DNA of 64,000 nucleotides from a bacterium (GCA_030530385.1 JAUMVB010000001.1:34577-98576), one strand, 5' to 3'; positions 29,071-38,520 are shown, counted from the stretch's first letter. A program made the numbers and translations. Notes: generated from the letters alone by a model not told the origin.

Positions 29071-29598
29071 TTATTTCTTATTCCAGCGTGCAATTGATTC
29101 TGCGATAACTTCTTTTGCTTCTTCTGTGTCACCGAATTTTTCAACTTTTGTTGTGCCAGCTTTTTTCAAATCTTTATAGTGATTAAAATGAAATTCAATC
29201 TGTTTAATAAGCTGTTCCGGCAAATCTGCCAAAGTCTTATAAGCATTCCCAGTATCACGGTCATCGGCAGGAACAGCGATAATCTTGTCGTCAACTTCGC
29301 CATCATCAACGAATTTCATTACACCCAAGATTCGTGCTTCTAGGAAAATTCCAGTCGTAAGCGGATCATTTGTAATAAGTAAAACATCAAGTTCATCACC
29401 GTCTTCATCTAAAGTTTGCGGAATAAAGCCATAATTAGTTGGCTTCGCAAAAGCCTTTGGTTCCACACGGTCAAGTTGCATTACAGCTAAATCACGATTC
29501 CATTCAATTTTGTGAGTTGAGCCAGTTGGGATCTCCACTACAACATTAATAATTCCATTTTTATAATCGCCAGGAGTTAAAATTTTATTAAAATCTGC
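29071..29598 (-). CDS. ppa: Inorganic pyrophosphatase (family I)
   Basis: The DEDGDELDVLL motif. The start was placed at MADFNKIL (GAAAGGA SD upstream) rather than at the Lys-rich upstream start 29652. Confidence 0.8.
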   Translation of the reverse strand, partial: ADFNKILTPGDYKNGIINVVVEIPTGSTHKIEWNRDLAVMQLDRVEPKAFAKPTNYGFIPQTLDEDGDELDVLLITNDPLTTGIFLEARILGVMKFVDDGEVDDKIIAVPADDRDTGNAYKTLADLPEQLIKQIEFHFNHYKDLKKAGTTKVEKFGDTEEAKEVIAESIARWNKK

Positions 29599-29670
29599 CA
29601 TATTTTCCTTTCTTCTCTTTAAAATTTTAGCATCTTTTTTAGGGTTTTTCAACTTATTAAAGAGTAAAAT

Positions 29671-30609
29671 CTATTCTTTATTAGCAAGCTTTACAAGATC
29701 AGCTTCCATTGACTGTTGAGTTCGACGACGAATCGCCATTTTAGACTTTGCTGCTTTCTGTTTAGACTTAATCGACTTTTGAGTATTATTTTTATTTTTA
29801 GTAGTTTTTTTAGATTGAGATTTTTTATTCTCATTTTTTGATGCTTCTACTTGAATATTTTGAGCTGGCTTTTCAATATTCGAGCTCTTTACAGCTCGAC
29901 CTTTACTTTTAGCATTATCAACCTTTGAAGTTTTTGAGCCAGCAATTCTAGCAAACATCATTTTACCAGCAGCCGTCTGCAACGATCGAATAAACTCAAC
30001 TTCTGCCGTTGTACCAACAAGAGATTCCGCATTCTCAACAACCACCATTGTTCCATCCGGCAAATGACCCACACCTTGTTTTTTTTCATTACCCTTTACG
30101 GTTATATCAAGCATTATTTTTTCGCCCGGTAAATAATCCGCACGAACTGATTGTACTAATTCATTAATGTTTAATACCTCCACCCCTTCAACTTTAGCGA
30201 CCTTGTTTAGATTATAATCAGCCGTCAAAATCTCGGCATTAAGTTTTTTAGCTAGCGAAATCAATCGATTATCAACTCCTTCTTTTGCTGAATTACTATC
30301 CGCTAAAATACTAACATTTAATTTTGATTCATTCTGAAGAGCCGAAATAATATCTAAACCATAACGCGCCCGAACTCGCTTCTCATCGTCGCCACCATCA
30401 GCAAGGATTTGTAATTCTCCCACCACACTACGCGGAATTAGAATATCAAAATTAACAAACCCAGTTTTCGCCACCGCCAAAAATCGACCATCAATCAGAA
30501 TTGAAGTATCAACTAGTACTCGCTTACGAGCTTTTTGAAAAATTGGCGTAGAATCTTTCCATGAAAAAATTATTAAAAAAATGATTATGAGCAATAAAAA
30601 TGTATCCAT
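29671..30609 (-). CDS. PIN/TRAM-domain membrane protein (YacL-like) with a Lys-rich C-terminal tail
   Basis: An N-terminal TM helix, PIN-like LVDTSILIDGR, a TRAM-like beta domain, and a KSKQK-rich tail. Confidence 0.7.
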   Translation of the reverse strand: MDTFLLLIIIFLIIFSWKDSTPIFQKARKRVLVDTSILIDGRFLAVAKTGFVNFDILIPRSVVGELQILADGGDDEKRVRARYGLDIISALQNESKLNVSILADSNSAKEGVDNRLISLAKKLNAEILTADYNLNKVAKVEGVEVLNINELVQSVRADYLPGEKIMLDITVKGNEKKQGVGHLPDGTMVVVENAESLVGTTAEVEFIRSLQTAAGKMMFARIAGSKTSKVDNAKSKGRAVKSSNIEKPAQNIQVEASKNENKKSQSKKTTKNKNNTQKSIKSKQKAAKSKMAIRRRTQQSMEADLVKLANKE

Positions 30610-30622
30610 ATTTTCCTTTTTA

Positions 30623-31975
30623 TTATTGTAAATATTTAATTAAAGCCTCGCGCAAATCACGCACAGCCACAATGAAGTTATTTTTTGAAGCAGTTTTTGG
30701 CGCAAGCGCACTAGTAAATCCAAGTTTTTTCGCTTCGGCGATGCGCCTTTCCGCCTGAACGACAGAACGAATTTCACCACCAAGCCCAATCTCGCCAAAA
30801 ACTACCACACCATCCGAAAGTTTGCGCTTCGCTGCCGCCGACGCAATCGCCATTACTACCGCCAAATCTGCCGCCTGATCGGAAAGCTTAATCCCACCAA
30901 CAACATTCACAAAGACATCTTTATCGGAAAGATCAAGCTTCGTGCGTTGCTGAAGAACCGCAATCAAAAGATTTAATCGATTTAGGTCGAAGCCGCTCGC
31001 GGTTCGTTTTGGATAACCAAAATTTGACGGCGAAACTAACGCTTGGATTTCCACCAAGATTGGACGCGTCCCCTCAAGAGTTGCCAAAATTATAGAGCCA
31101 TCCGTATTTTGTCGCTCAGCAAGGAGAGCGGCTGATGGATTTTCAACAATCTCAAGGCCATTCTCGCTCATTTCAAAAATAGCAGCTTCTGTCGTCGAGC
31201 CGTATCTATTTTTAATCGCTCGCACAACTTTAAAACCACCATAGCGGTCACCTTCAAAATTCAAAACTACATCAACTAGATGTTCTAATGTTTTTGGGCC
31301 CGCGATCGAACCTTCTTTTGTAATGTGGCCAACTAACACGACTGCAGTGCCGGATTTTTTTGCCGCCTGAATAATTAGATTAGATGAATTAGTAATTTGC
31401 GAAACACTGCCCGCAGCGCTAGATATTTCGCTCATCGCTAATGTCTGAATCGAATCAACTACAACTAAATCAAATTTACCGTTCAATATTGTCTCCGCAA
31501 TATCATCGGCAGAAGTTGAACTAGCAAATTTTAAGTTTGGCGATTTTTCGGCATTCAGACGCTTCGCTCGGCCTGCCACCTGCTCAGCCGACTCCTCCCC
31601 GGATACATACAAAACTCTTTTTTGTTGAGCGATACACGACGAAACCTGCATCAAGAGAGTGCTCTTACCAATTCCTGGCTGACCTGCAATCAATAAAACA
31701 CCAGCCGGCAAAATTCCGCCGCCCAAAACATTATCTAGATCAGCAATCCCTGTCGAGATTCGATCTTGCTTTTTGCTTGAAATAATATCATCTAAACTTT
31801 GGGTTTGTAAAATTTTACCATTTCCGATACTTTTTGCAACTGCGTTTTTACCAATAGATTCTTCAACTTCTTCGACTAGAGTATTCCAGCTACCGCAATT
31901 TTCACATTTTCCCATCCATTTTGGGTAGCTAGAACCACAATTCTGACATATAAATTTTGTTTTTAGTTTGGCCAC
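30623..31975 (-). CDS. radA: DNA repair protein RadA/Sms
   Basis: A C4 zinc finger (CQNCGS...CENCGSW), Walker A GQPGIGKSTL, the KNRYG motif and a Lon-like C-terminus. Confidence 0.9.
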   Translation of the reverse strand: MAKLKTKFICQNCGSSYPKWMGKCENCGSWNTLVEEVEESIGKNAVAKSIGNGKILQTQSLDDIISSKKQDRISTGIADLDNVLGGGILPAGVLLIAGQPGIGKSTLLMQVSSCIAQQKRVLYVSGEESAEQVAGRAKRLNAEKSPNLKFASSTSADDIAETILNGKFDLVVVDSIQTLAMSEISSAAGSVSQITNSSNLIIQAAKKSGTAVVLVGHITKEGSIAGPKTLEHLVDVVLNFEGDRYGGFKVVRAIKNRYGSTTEAAIFEMSENGLEIVENPSAALLAERQNTDGSIILATLEGTRPILVEIQALVSPSNFGYPKRTASGFDLNRLNLLIAVLQQRTKLDLSDKDVFVNVVGGIKLSDQAADLAVVMAIASAAAKRKLSDGVVVFGEIGLGGEIRSVVQAERRIAEAKKLGFTSALAPKTASKNNFIVAVRDLREALIKYLQ

Positions 31976-32006
31976 AACATTAATTTTATCATATAAATAT
32001 TAATAT

Positions 32007-33005
32007 TTAAAGTGATTTAATGCCATCAACCTTTTCGATTTTTGAGTTTAGACTGTCATAAAGCCTCTGGATCTGTTTAGAGATTCGTTGAAGTTCTACA
32101 ACTTTTGAATTGTAATCTGTAACTTTTGAATTTATCTGATTGCGGTATTGCTCCATAGAATTACTGCGCTCAACCAAACTCGAACGATCTGCATTAAATG
32201 CACCCTGACTATGATAGTAGCCACTTTTTGCTCGAGAATTAAATAGAAGAATAGCCATATTTAAAGATTGAAGCTTATTTGAATAATCTGTCGTTTCCTG
32301 TTTAATCTCAGCTTTTAACTTTTTCAATTCTCTATCTAAACTTTTTGCGCGATCCTCCAAGCTCTTGAATTTGGCCTTATACCGAGTATTCATAGCTACA
32401 ATATCATTACGATTTTTAAAATACTTAGCATAATGAACCTCTAACTCACTAGAAAGACCAGAGAATTCAGTACCCAATATAGAATGAAGCTCGTTTACAC
32501 GCTCACCAGGCTCAGTTATAGCATAATTAGCTATGGTTTTTTCGAGCTCTGGAGTTTTTATTTTCTTGTAGTTTTCTTCTATCTCCTTGCTTAATCTGTC
32601 TCGCTCGGATTTGCTTGCTCTATTCCATACCGCATGCAATAATTCATGCGCAGCAGTTACTTCTTTAACGCCATCAAGTTCAGAGTTCTCGACATCAAAA
32701 ATCGAAATTTTATCATCATTATAACAACCTAAAATTGTGCTTTTTTCGACTAATTTGGAACAACTAGAATTAAAATCTTGACCTGATAAAACTCGTGGAT
32801 TTGTAGCATAAAAAATTGTCCTAGCGCGATCTGTTAAATTAATTTTTGAAGTAATTTGAGTTATTTTTTCACTCGGCTTAAAATTTTGTGCCTTCAAAAA
32901 ATCGCTAAAATCCTGAGCATAAAAAATGCCAAAAATAGCAATAACTACCACCAATGATACCAACGACGCACTGATTATAATTGATATTTTGTTAATATTT
33001 TTCAT
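32007..33005 (-). CDS. Membrane-anchored HExxH-motif protein (putative metalloprotease) with a C-terminal coiled coil
   Basis: A TM helix, then AAHELLHAVW, then a long heptad-like region. The start was placed at ATG 33005 (MKNINK), which is preceded by TGcTATAAT plus 7 nt. The track start (33029) is a GTG. Confidence 0.5.
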   Translation of the reverse strand: MKNINKISIIISASLVSLVVVIAIFGIFYAQDFSDFLKAQNFKPSEKITQITSKINLTDRARTIFYATNPRVLSGQDFNSSCSKLVEKSTILGCYNDDKISIFDVENSELDGVKEVTAAHELLHAVWNRASKSERDRLSKEIEENYKKIKTPELEKTIANYAITEPGERVNELHSILGTEFSGLSSELEVHYAKYFKNRNDIVAMNTRYKAKFKSLEDRAKSLDRELKKLKAEIKQETTDYSNKLQSLNMAILLFNSRAKSGYYHSQGAFNADRSSLVERSNSMEQYRNQINSKVTDYNSKVVELQRISKQIQRLYDSLNSKIEKVDGIKSL

Positions 33006-33012
33006 ACTTAAA

Positions 33013-33070
33013 ATTATAGCACACATCACACAGTGCTACAATTATATTCCAAAAATGATTATGCTATAAT
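33013..33070. promoter_or_regulatory. Pair of divergent, identical extended -10 elements (TGCTATAAT), ~40 bp apart, each 6-7 nt from its ATG
   Basis: Plus strand: tgctataat at ~33062-33070, then gtagct, then ATG 33077. Minus strand: the reverse complement of attatagca at ~33013-33021, then 7 nt, then ATG 33005. Confidence 0.5.
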
Positions 33071-33076
33071 GTAGCT

Positions 33077-33739
33077 ATGTCGAGTAGCGAAAAAACTTTC
33101 CGAAAACGCCGTATTTTGAGCTTAATAATAATTGCATTTTTATCAATTATTGCAGTATTTTCTAATCCAGATTTTTGGAGCAAGAAAAGTCCAAATCAGC
33201 AAACATCACAAATCTCACAAGATCTAAATTCGCTCCAAGTTAAAGGTCGCGCGCCAAAAACAGGTTATTCACGCGATCAATTTGGTAAAGGCTGGGCTAA
33301 AGATTCTAACGGTTGTGATACTCGAAACCGTATTTTAAAACGTGATCTAAAAGAAGCGCAAGAAAATTCAAAATGCCAAATTATAAGCGGAATATTAGAT
33401 GATCCATACACGGGAAAACAAATTATTTTCTCTAGAGATAAAGCTTCCGCCGTTCAAATTGACCATGTAGTTGCACTTTCTGATGCTTGGCAAAAAGGCG
33501 CACAACAAATCTCTACCGAAGAGAGAAAACAACTCGCCAATGACCCACTAAATCTGCTCGCATCAGATGGGTCAGCCAACCAACAGAAAGGTGATAGCGA
33601 CGCTGCAACTTGGTTACCTTCAAACAAAGTATTTCGCTGCGAATATATCAAACGTCAAATTTCAGTTAAGAAAAAATATAGACTCTGGATAACCCAAGCC
33701 GAAAAATCCGCCATGCAAACAGTCCTCGCAAGCTGCTAA
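33077..33739 (+). CDS. Secreted/anchored DUF1524-type HNH nuclease (GmrSD C-terminal-domain-like extracellular DNase)
   Basis: An N-terminal signal anchor. GYSRDQFGKGWAKDSNGCDTRNRIL...IDHVVALSDAW...NQQKGDSDAATWLP matches the DUF1524/HNH family, which is common as secreted nucleases in Actinobacteria. Confidence 0.7.
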   Translation: MSSSEKTFRKRRILSLIIIAFLSIIAVFSNPDFWSKKSPNQQTSQISQDLNSLQVKGRAPKTGYSRDQFGKGWAKDSNGCDTRNRILKRDLKEAQENSKCQIISGILDDPYTGKQIIFSRDKASAVQIDHVVALSDAWQKGAQQISTEERKQLANDPLNLLASDGSANQQKGDSDAATWLPSNKVFRCEYIKRQISVKKKYRLWITQAEKSAMQTVLASC

Positions 33740-33752
33740 TGCTTGCATATTT
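33728..33752 (+). terminator. Hairpin gcaagc-tgctaat-gcttgc plus a T-rich tail, overlapping the nuclease stop codon
   Basis: A perfect 6-bp stem. The TAA stop and a following ATG sit in and next to the loop. Confidence 0.5.
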
Positions 33753-33912
33753 TGAATATTTTGCTGTAACAGATAAAAAGCAAACAATTTTTGCGACAGA
33801 GATCGTAAAAATTGTTGGAATAGAGAACTTTATTGGTTTTCCACGAGAAAGATGCAAGAGCTTGGCGAGGATGAGTTTCAGAGAAGATATAGCCAAGCCT
33901 ATATTCTGCTGA
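33739..33912 (+). CDS. Candidate unannotated small ORF (57 aa), stop/start-overlapped (TAATG) with the nuclease gene
   Basis: Own translation: MLAYFEYFAVTDKKQTIFATEIVKIVGIENFIGFPRERCKSLARMSFREDIAKPIFC*. It lies between two plus-oriented terminators. Competing minus-strand ORFs (63 and 76 aa) overlap it. Confidence 0.25.
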   Translation: MLAYFEYFAVTDKKQTIFATEIVKIVGIENFIGFPRERCKSLARMSFREDIAKPIFC

Positions 33913-33946
33913 AACCGATAAAATCAACAGATCTCCAGAGTCTATA

Positions 33947-33970
33947 AGCCAGCCATCATGCTGGTTTTTT
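33947..33970 (+). terminator. Plus-oriented intrinsic terminator
   Basis: ccagc-catcat-gctgg followed by TTTTTT. There is no T-run on the minus-strand side. Confidence 0.55.
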
Positions 33971-34955
33971 AAACTTCAAAAATCGACTCAATCGCCAAGT
34001 CTGGCTCACCTTTGACCACTGCAGCTATAAGATGCATATCCACATCCAATAAACCGTTCTGGTGCGCAAAAAGCTCCGCTGCAAACCGCATCTGTTCCAC
34101 TTTTCGCTTAGAGAGAGCTGCAGCAGCACCACCAAAATCATCATTCTTCCGATATTTAACTTCCGTAAAATAATATACTGTGCCTCGCTGGGAAACAATA
34201 TCAATCTCGCAAAATTTAGTGCGCCAATTTCGTGCTAGAATTGTATGCTCTTCTCGCTTTAAAAACTCAGCCACAAAGTCTTCTGCTCGGTCTCCTAGTT
34301 TTTTAGTAGTTATTTTTTCGTTATTATCTTCTTTTAGACTTTCTTTATCTATTTGTTTATTACTTCTCAATAAATCAGCAATTGGCTTAAAACTTTTACG
34401 GTGAATTTGGCTTACTCCAAATTGCTCTAAAGCGGCACGATGCTGAGCTGTGCCATACCCAACATTTTTACCAAAATTATATTCTAAAAATTCTGGTTTA
34501 ATAGCTAGCTCACTCATATAGTTATCTCTAGCAACTTTAGCACAGATCGCTGCTGCTGAAACACTCGAGATCAACAAATCCGCCTTTTTTAGAGTGGAGA
34601 CATACTTTTCAAGGGGCGTATCAGTAAGAAAATTTACAGTGCCATCAATAATAATATCATCAATTTTAACGTTTCGCTCTCGACATTCCAGCTGGACTTT
34701 TCCTACTGCACGACGCGTAGCAAGCTTCAGGCTAGAGCTCAGGCCAATTTCGTCGAGTTCACTATTAGACACCCAGCCCAAACCAACAATCGCAGGACTG
34801 TCGGCAATCTCTTTCGCTAATTTTTCGCGTTGCTTTTTCGAGAGAGTTTTCGAGTCAGCCAAGTCTTCAATCTGAGCGTCATTCAAAATACAAGCCCCCA
34901 CCACCAGCGGGCCAGCCCACGCCCCGCGACCAACTTCATCGATCCCGAGAATCAT
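33969..34955 (-). CDS. rnhB: Ribonuclease HII fused to a YraN/UPF0102-family endonuclease domain
   Basis: The N-terminus ILGIDEVGRGAWAGPLVVGACIL is RNase HII. The C-terminal ~110 aa (DRAEDFVAEFL...ILARNWR...EIDIV...) matches YraN. The start was set to ATG 34955 (AAGAAGGG SD) rather than TTG 34958. Confidence 0.7.
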   Translation of the reverse strand: MILGIDEVGRGAWAGPLVVGACILNDAQIEDLADSKTLSKKQREKLAKEIADSPAIVGLGWVSNSELDEIGLSSSLKLATRRAVGKVQLECRERNVKIDDIIIDGTVNFLTDTPLEKYVSTLKKADLLISSVSAAAICAKVARDNYMSELAIKPEFLEYNFGKNVGYGTAQHRAALEQFGVSQIHRKSFKPIADLLRSNKQIDKESLKEDNNEKITTKKLGDRAEDFVAEFLKREEHTILARNWRTKFCEIDIVSQRGTVYYFTEVKYRKNDDFGGAAAALSKRKVEQMRFAAELFAHQNGLLDVDMHLIAAVVKGEPDLAIESIFEV

Positions 34956-35646
34956 CAAAACCCTTCTTTAATTCACGAATAATATTTTTATCACTATCAC
35001 TAACCATAAGAGATTCAATTATTTTTTGACAAGCCTTTTGAAAAGTCCTCGATTTTAAATTATTCCGCCGCAAAAAAGATAAAGTTTCATCTGGAAATTT
35101 TACATAAATAGCTGAAATCGCCCAGGCAACGCCCATTTCCGAATAATGACCATCACTTTTCATATTATTAAATTTTTCAAAAATTTGCTCCAGATAGTCC
35201 TTCTTTATAAAATTACTAATCACCGACACAACGGCAAAACGAGATTCGAATTCATCTTCTGAAGCAAAATATGACTGAAGAAATTTCCAAAATTCTAACC
35301 TGTTAACTTCCGAAATCTTCAAACTACCACAAAAACTATCACACACCGACCAATTATCAATCTTTGGTATAAATTTTTTAATCAATTCCAGTTTTTCTGA
35401 AAAATCACAATCAGCTCCAGCTATGACCATGCCCTCAAGCATTGTTTGTTCAAAATATTGATTGTCGTTATCTCGAATAAATTCCCGCCAATTCGTTTTA
35501 ATAATCTTTTTTGAAATTTTACGCAAAGCCGGCAACCTTACACCTAAGATATTATTAACGCCCGGCAATAGTCTCATCGAAAATTGACGATATTTTTCTT
35601 CAGCCAAAACTCTGAGTTCTTGTTTTATATCTTTATTTTTCATCAC
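34936..35646 (-). CDS. DNA alkylation repair protein (AlkD/AlkC-like HEAT-repeat glycosylase family)
   Basis: Similar in length and helical-repeat pattern to pfam08713 proteins. This is a moderate-confidence call. Confidence 0.5.
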   Translation of the reverse strand: MMKNKDIKQELRVLAEEKYRQFSMRLLPGVNNILGVRLPALRKISKKIIKTNWREFIRDNDNQYFEQTMLEGMVIAGADCDFSEKLELIKKFIPKIDNWSVCDSFCGSLKISEVNRLEFWKFLQSYFASEDEFESRFAVVSVISNFIKKDYLEQIFEKFNNMKSDGHYSEMGVAWAISAIYVKFPDETLSFLRRNNLKSRTFQKACQKIIESLMVSDSDKNIIRELKKGFDDSRDR

Positions 35647-35753
35647 TTATTTTTATTATAGTAAGAAAGTATATCTTAAGCAAGTCATAAAGCCATCTCA
35701 ATTACATATATAAAAAATCACCCAGAGCTATGGGCGATTTTATAATTCAAAGA

Positions 35754-36197
35754 TTAAGCCTCTTTTACTTCTTCTACTTTTTCGTTTGTAGCTTCAACTT
35801 TTTCTGCTTTTGAAGTTTCTGGTAAGGTATTTATAGTTTCACGATCGAAAGCAATTTGCTTAAGGCGAGCGCTTTTACCACTTCGATTTCGCAAGAACGA
35901 AAGATAGTTTCGGCGAACCTTAGCACGGCGAACAATTTCAATCTTTTCAACAAGCGGACTATGAAGAAGGAATGATTTTTCTACACCCACACCACTTGCA
36001 ATTTTTCGAACAGTAATTCGTGAGGTGTGTGATTTTTTACGATCAGTTCGAATAACTACACCTTCAAAAACCTGAATTCGCTCTTTATTACCCTCTTTAA
36101 TTTTTTGATGAACGCGAACCGTGTCACCACTTCGCACATCGAGAACAGCGTCTTTTTGCTGCGCTTCGTTAACTTTTTTGATTAATTCAAAACTCAT
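35754..36197 (-). CDS. rplS: 50S ribosomal protein L19 with a ~30-aa acidic/Lys C-terminal extension
   Basis: VRSGDTVRVHQKIKEGNKERIQVFEGVVI is the L19 core. Confidence 0.85.
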   Translation of the reverse strand: MSFELIKKVNEAQQKDAVLDVRSGDTVRVHQKIKEGNKERIQVFEGVVIRTDRKKSHTSRITVRKIASGVGVEKSFLLHSPLVEKIEIVRRAKVRRNYLSFLRNRSGKSARLKQIAFDRETINTLPETSKAEKVEATNEKVEEVKEA

Positions 36198-36268
36198 ATT
36201 TTCTCTCTTTTACTTTAATATATACAATTCAAGAAATATTATAACAAACTAGTATAAATTTGTAAAGA

Positions 36269-37903
36269 CTAAATTACGCGATTGATTTCCTCGATAGTTG
36301 TCTCGCCACGAAGAGCCATAACAATACCCTGCTGAACTAGTGTTAACATACCGTCTGCACGAGCTTGAGCCTCAATTGCTTCGGTAGAAATTACACCACG
36401 TTCACCGCGCAAAAAAGCTTGGATATTTTCACCAACAATCATTTGTTCCATCAAAACAATTCGCCCTTTATATCCAAACGGATTACCCGTACTTGGAACT
36501 GACCTCCATAGTCTAAAATCTCCAGATATGTCCTGAGGTATTTTTTTGCTCGGAACATTTTTCATTACGTCACGAATCCATTGTTTTAAAGCCTCACTCG
36601 GCACATATTCTTGCTTGTTATCATCTAGACGACGTACTAACCGCTGCGCAATAAGCAGTCTAATCGCACTAGAAAATATTGGATTGTGACCAATCATATC
36701 AATCATTCGCGAAAAGGCTGCTGAAGTTGAGTTGGCGTGAAAGCTAGAAAGCACTAGATGCCCTGTAATTGAAGCTTGAATCGCAGTCCTCGCAGTATCA
36801 ACATCACGAATCTCGCCTACCATTACGACATCTGGATCAAGGCGCAAAACAGACCGAAGCCCATCCGCAAAACTTGCACCATGAGTCGTATCAATTGGAA
36901 TCTGAGAAATTCCAGCAATACCATACTCGATCGGATCTTCAAGAGTAATAATCTTTTTATCGGTTGTATTTAAAGCGTTTAAAATCGAATATAAAGTCGT
37001 TGACTTACCAGATCCCGTTGGACCAACCATCAATACCATACCTCGTGGATGTGAAATAATCTCATCAATTTCGGCGCGTTCTTTAGGTTCGATACCTAGT
37101 AAATCCAAATTTAGCATTGATTCATCAAAGTTGAATAGTCGTAATACAGCATCCATACCATACATAGTTGGAACAGTTTCAACACGCAGATTCAATAAGT
37201 GAGAACCACCATCTCGATAAATATCTTTTTGAATGTGACCCGACTGTGAAGTTTTTGAAGCGCTTGATACACCTGCGCGCGAAGAAAGTTCACCCATGAT
37301 CACCCTATAACGATCACGAGAAAGTTCTGCAACAGGATGAAGAGCACCATCAACACGCATCCTGATACGTATTGATTCACGCTGATTCTCAATATGAATA
37401 TCACTAGCTCCAAGACGATCAGCTTGATCAATTAAATAATCGAAAACTTTATCGCTAGCTACACCCGCCAAAGTTTGCGACACTTGGCTCAATGTAGCAC
37501 TATCACCTTCGCCAGCGATAGTGATATTGTCATAAATAACTTCCTTAGGAGGGTCGTAGCGACGCATTATTTTCTTCCAGGCGGACTCAGAAATCAAATA
37601 AAAATCAATTTGCTTACCTTTGTCTTCATATGACTTTTTCAGCTTTTGGATTACCGACCTTGGAGTTTGTGAAGTAATCATCACTCTCCATGGCTGATTC
37701 TCTTCGGCATTTCCTTCCTGAAGTGGAGCAAGTTTTGCCGCATACATTTGTTCATTCGAAAAAATATCTTTAACTAAAGGAAAAATATCTTCAAACTCTC
37801 GCGTATCCAAATAGACTAATCCTAAAATATCCGCCCGTTTAGCCGTTGCGCGCTCTTCATCATCACGTCTTCGCTGTTGAATTTTCTGTTCATCCATTAG
37901 CAC
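36269..37903 (-). CDS. pilB: Type IV pilus / type II secretion assembly ATPase (PilB/GspE family)
   Basis: An N-terminal GSPII_E domain, Walker A GPTGSGKSTTL, and Asp/His boxes. Confidence 0.8.
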   Translation of the reverse strand: MLMDEQKIQQRRRDDEERATAKRADILGLVYLDTREFEDIFPLVKDIFSNEQMYAAKLAPLQEGNAEENQPWRVMITSQTPRSVIQKLKKSYEDKGKQIDFYLISESAWKKIMRRYDPPKEVIYDNITIAGEGDSATLSQVSQTLAGVASDKVFDYLIDQADRLGASDIHIENQRESIRIRMRVDGALHPVAELSRDRYRVIMGELSSRAGVSSASKTSQSGHIQKDIYRDGGSHLLNLRVETVPTMYGMDAVLRLFNFDESMLNLDLLGIEPKERAEIDEIISHPRGMVLMVGPTGSGKSTTLYSILNALNTTDKKIITLEDPIEYGIAGISQIPIDTTHGASFADGLRSVLRLDPDVVMVGEIRDVDTARTAIQASITGHLVLSSFHANSTSAAFSRMIDMIGHNPIFSSAIRLLIAQRLVRRLDDNKQEYVPSEALKQWIRDVMKNVPSKKIPQDISGDFRLWRSVPSTGNPFGYKGRIVLMEQMIVGENIQAFLRGERGVISTEAIEAQARADGMLTLVQQGIVMALRGETTIEEINRVI

Positions 37904-37940
37904 AATTTTAGCACAACCAGTTTATTTTTTCAATCAAAGA

Positions 37941-37956
37941 TGTTAAAGTATATGTA
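37941..37956 (+). promoter_or_regulatory. Extended -10 (TGtTAAAGT) followed 7 nt later by the ATG (leaderless pattern)
   Basis: Read directly. There is no SD before 37957. Confidence 0.35.
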
Positions 37957-38514
37957 ATGAAAAACCCTAATTCTCTGGAAAATAAAAATAGAAAACAATA
38001 TCGAGAAATCATTGTCTTAGCACACAATATTCGCTCAACCCACAACATCGGCTCAATCCTCAGAACTAGCGAGGGCTTTGGTGTATCTAGAGTTATTTTT
38101 AGTGGATATTCGCCCTTTCCAATCTTAGATAATGAAAATTTTCAAGAAACAAATCGTCTCCCCCATATCGCACAAAAAATTACCACGCAGATTCATAAAA
38201 CAGCTCTTGGTGCAGAAAAAATTATCCAGTGTGAAATATCAAAAAACATCACAGAAAAAATCGCCAAATTAAAATCTGAAGGGTTTGAAATTATAGCGCT
38301 AGAACAGTCTATAGAATCAATTAAAATACCAGATTTTTCCACAGATAAATGCGCAAAAATAGCACTCCTTCTAGGAGAAGAAGTGGATGGTATAGAAGAA
38401 CGCCTACTCGCTCTTTGCGACAAACATCTTGAGATTCCCATGTTTGGACAAAAAGAAAGCTTTAACGTATCGGTTGCAGCAGGGATTGCTCTTTATAAAA
38501 TTGCTTGCGAATAA
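37957..38514 (+). CDS. SpoU/TrmH-family (SPOUT) RNA 2'-O-methyltransferase
   Basis: IIVLAHNIRSTHNIGSILRTSEGFGV is the SpoU methylase motif. 185 aa, about TrmH/TrmL size. Confidence 0.7.
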   Translation: MKNPNSLENKNRKQYREIIVLAHNIRSTHNIGSILRTSEGFGVSRVIFSGYSPFPILDNENFQETNRLPHIAQKITTQIHKTALGAEKIIQCEISKNITEKIAKLKSEGFEIIALEQSIESIKIPDFSTDKCAKIALLLGEEVDGIEERLLALCDKHLEIPMFGQKESFNVSVAAGIALYKIACE

Positions 38515-38520
38515 TTATAC

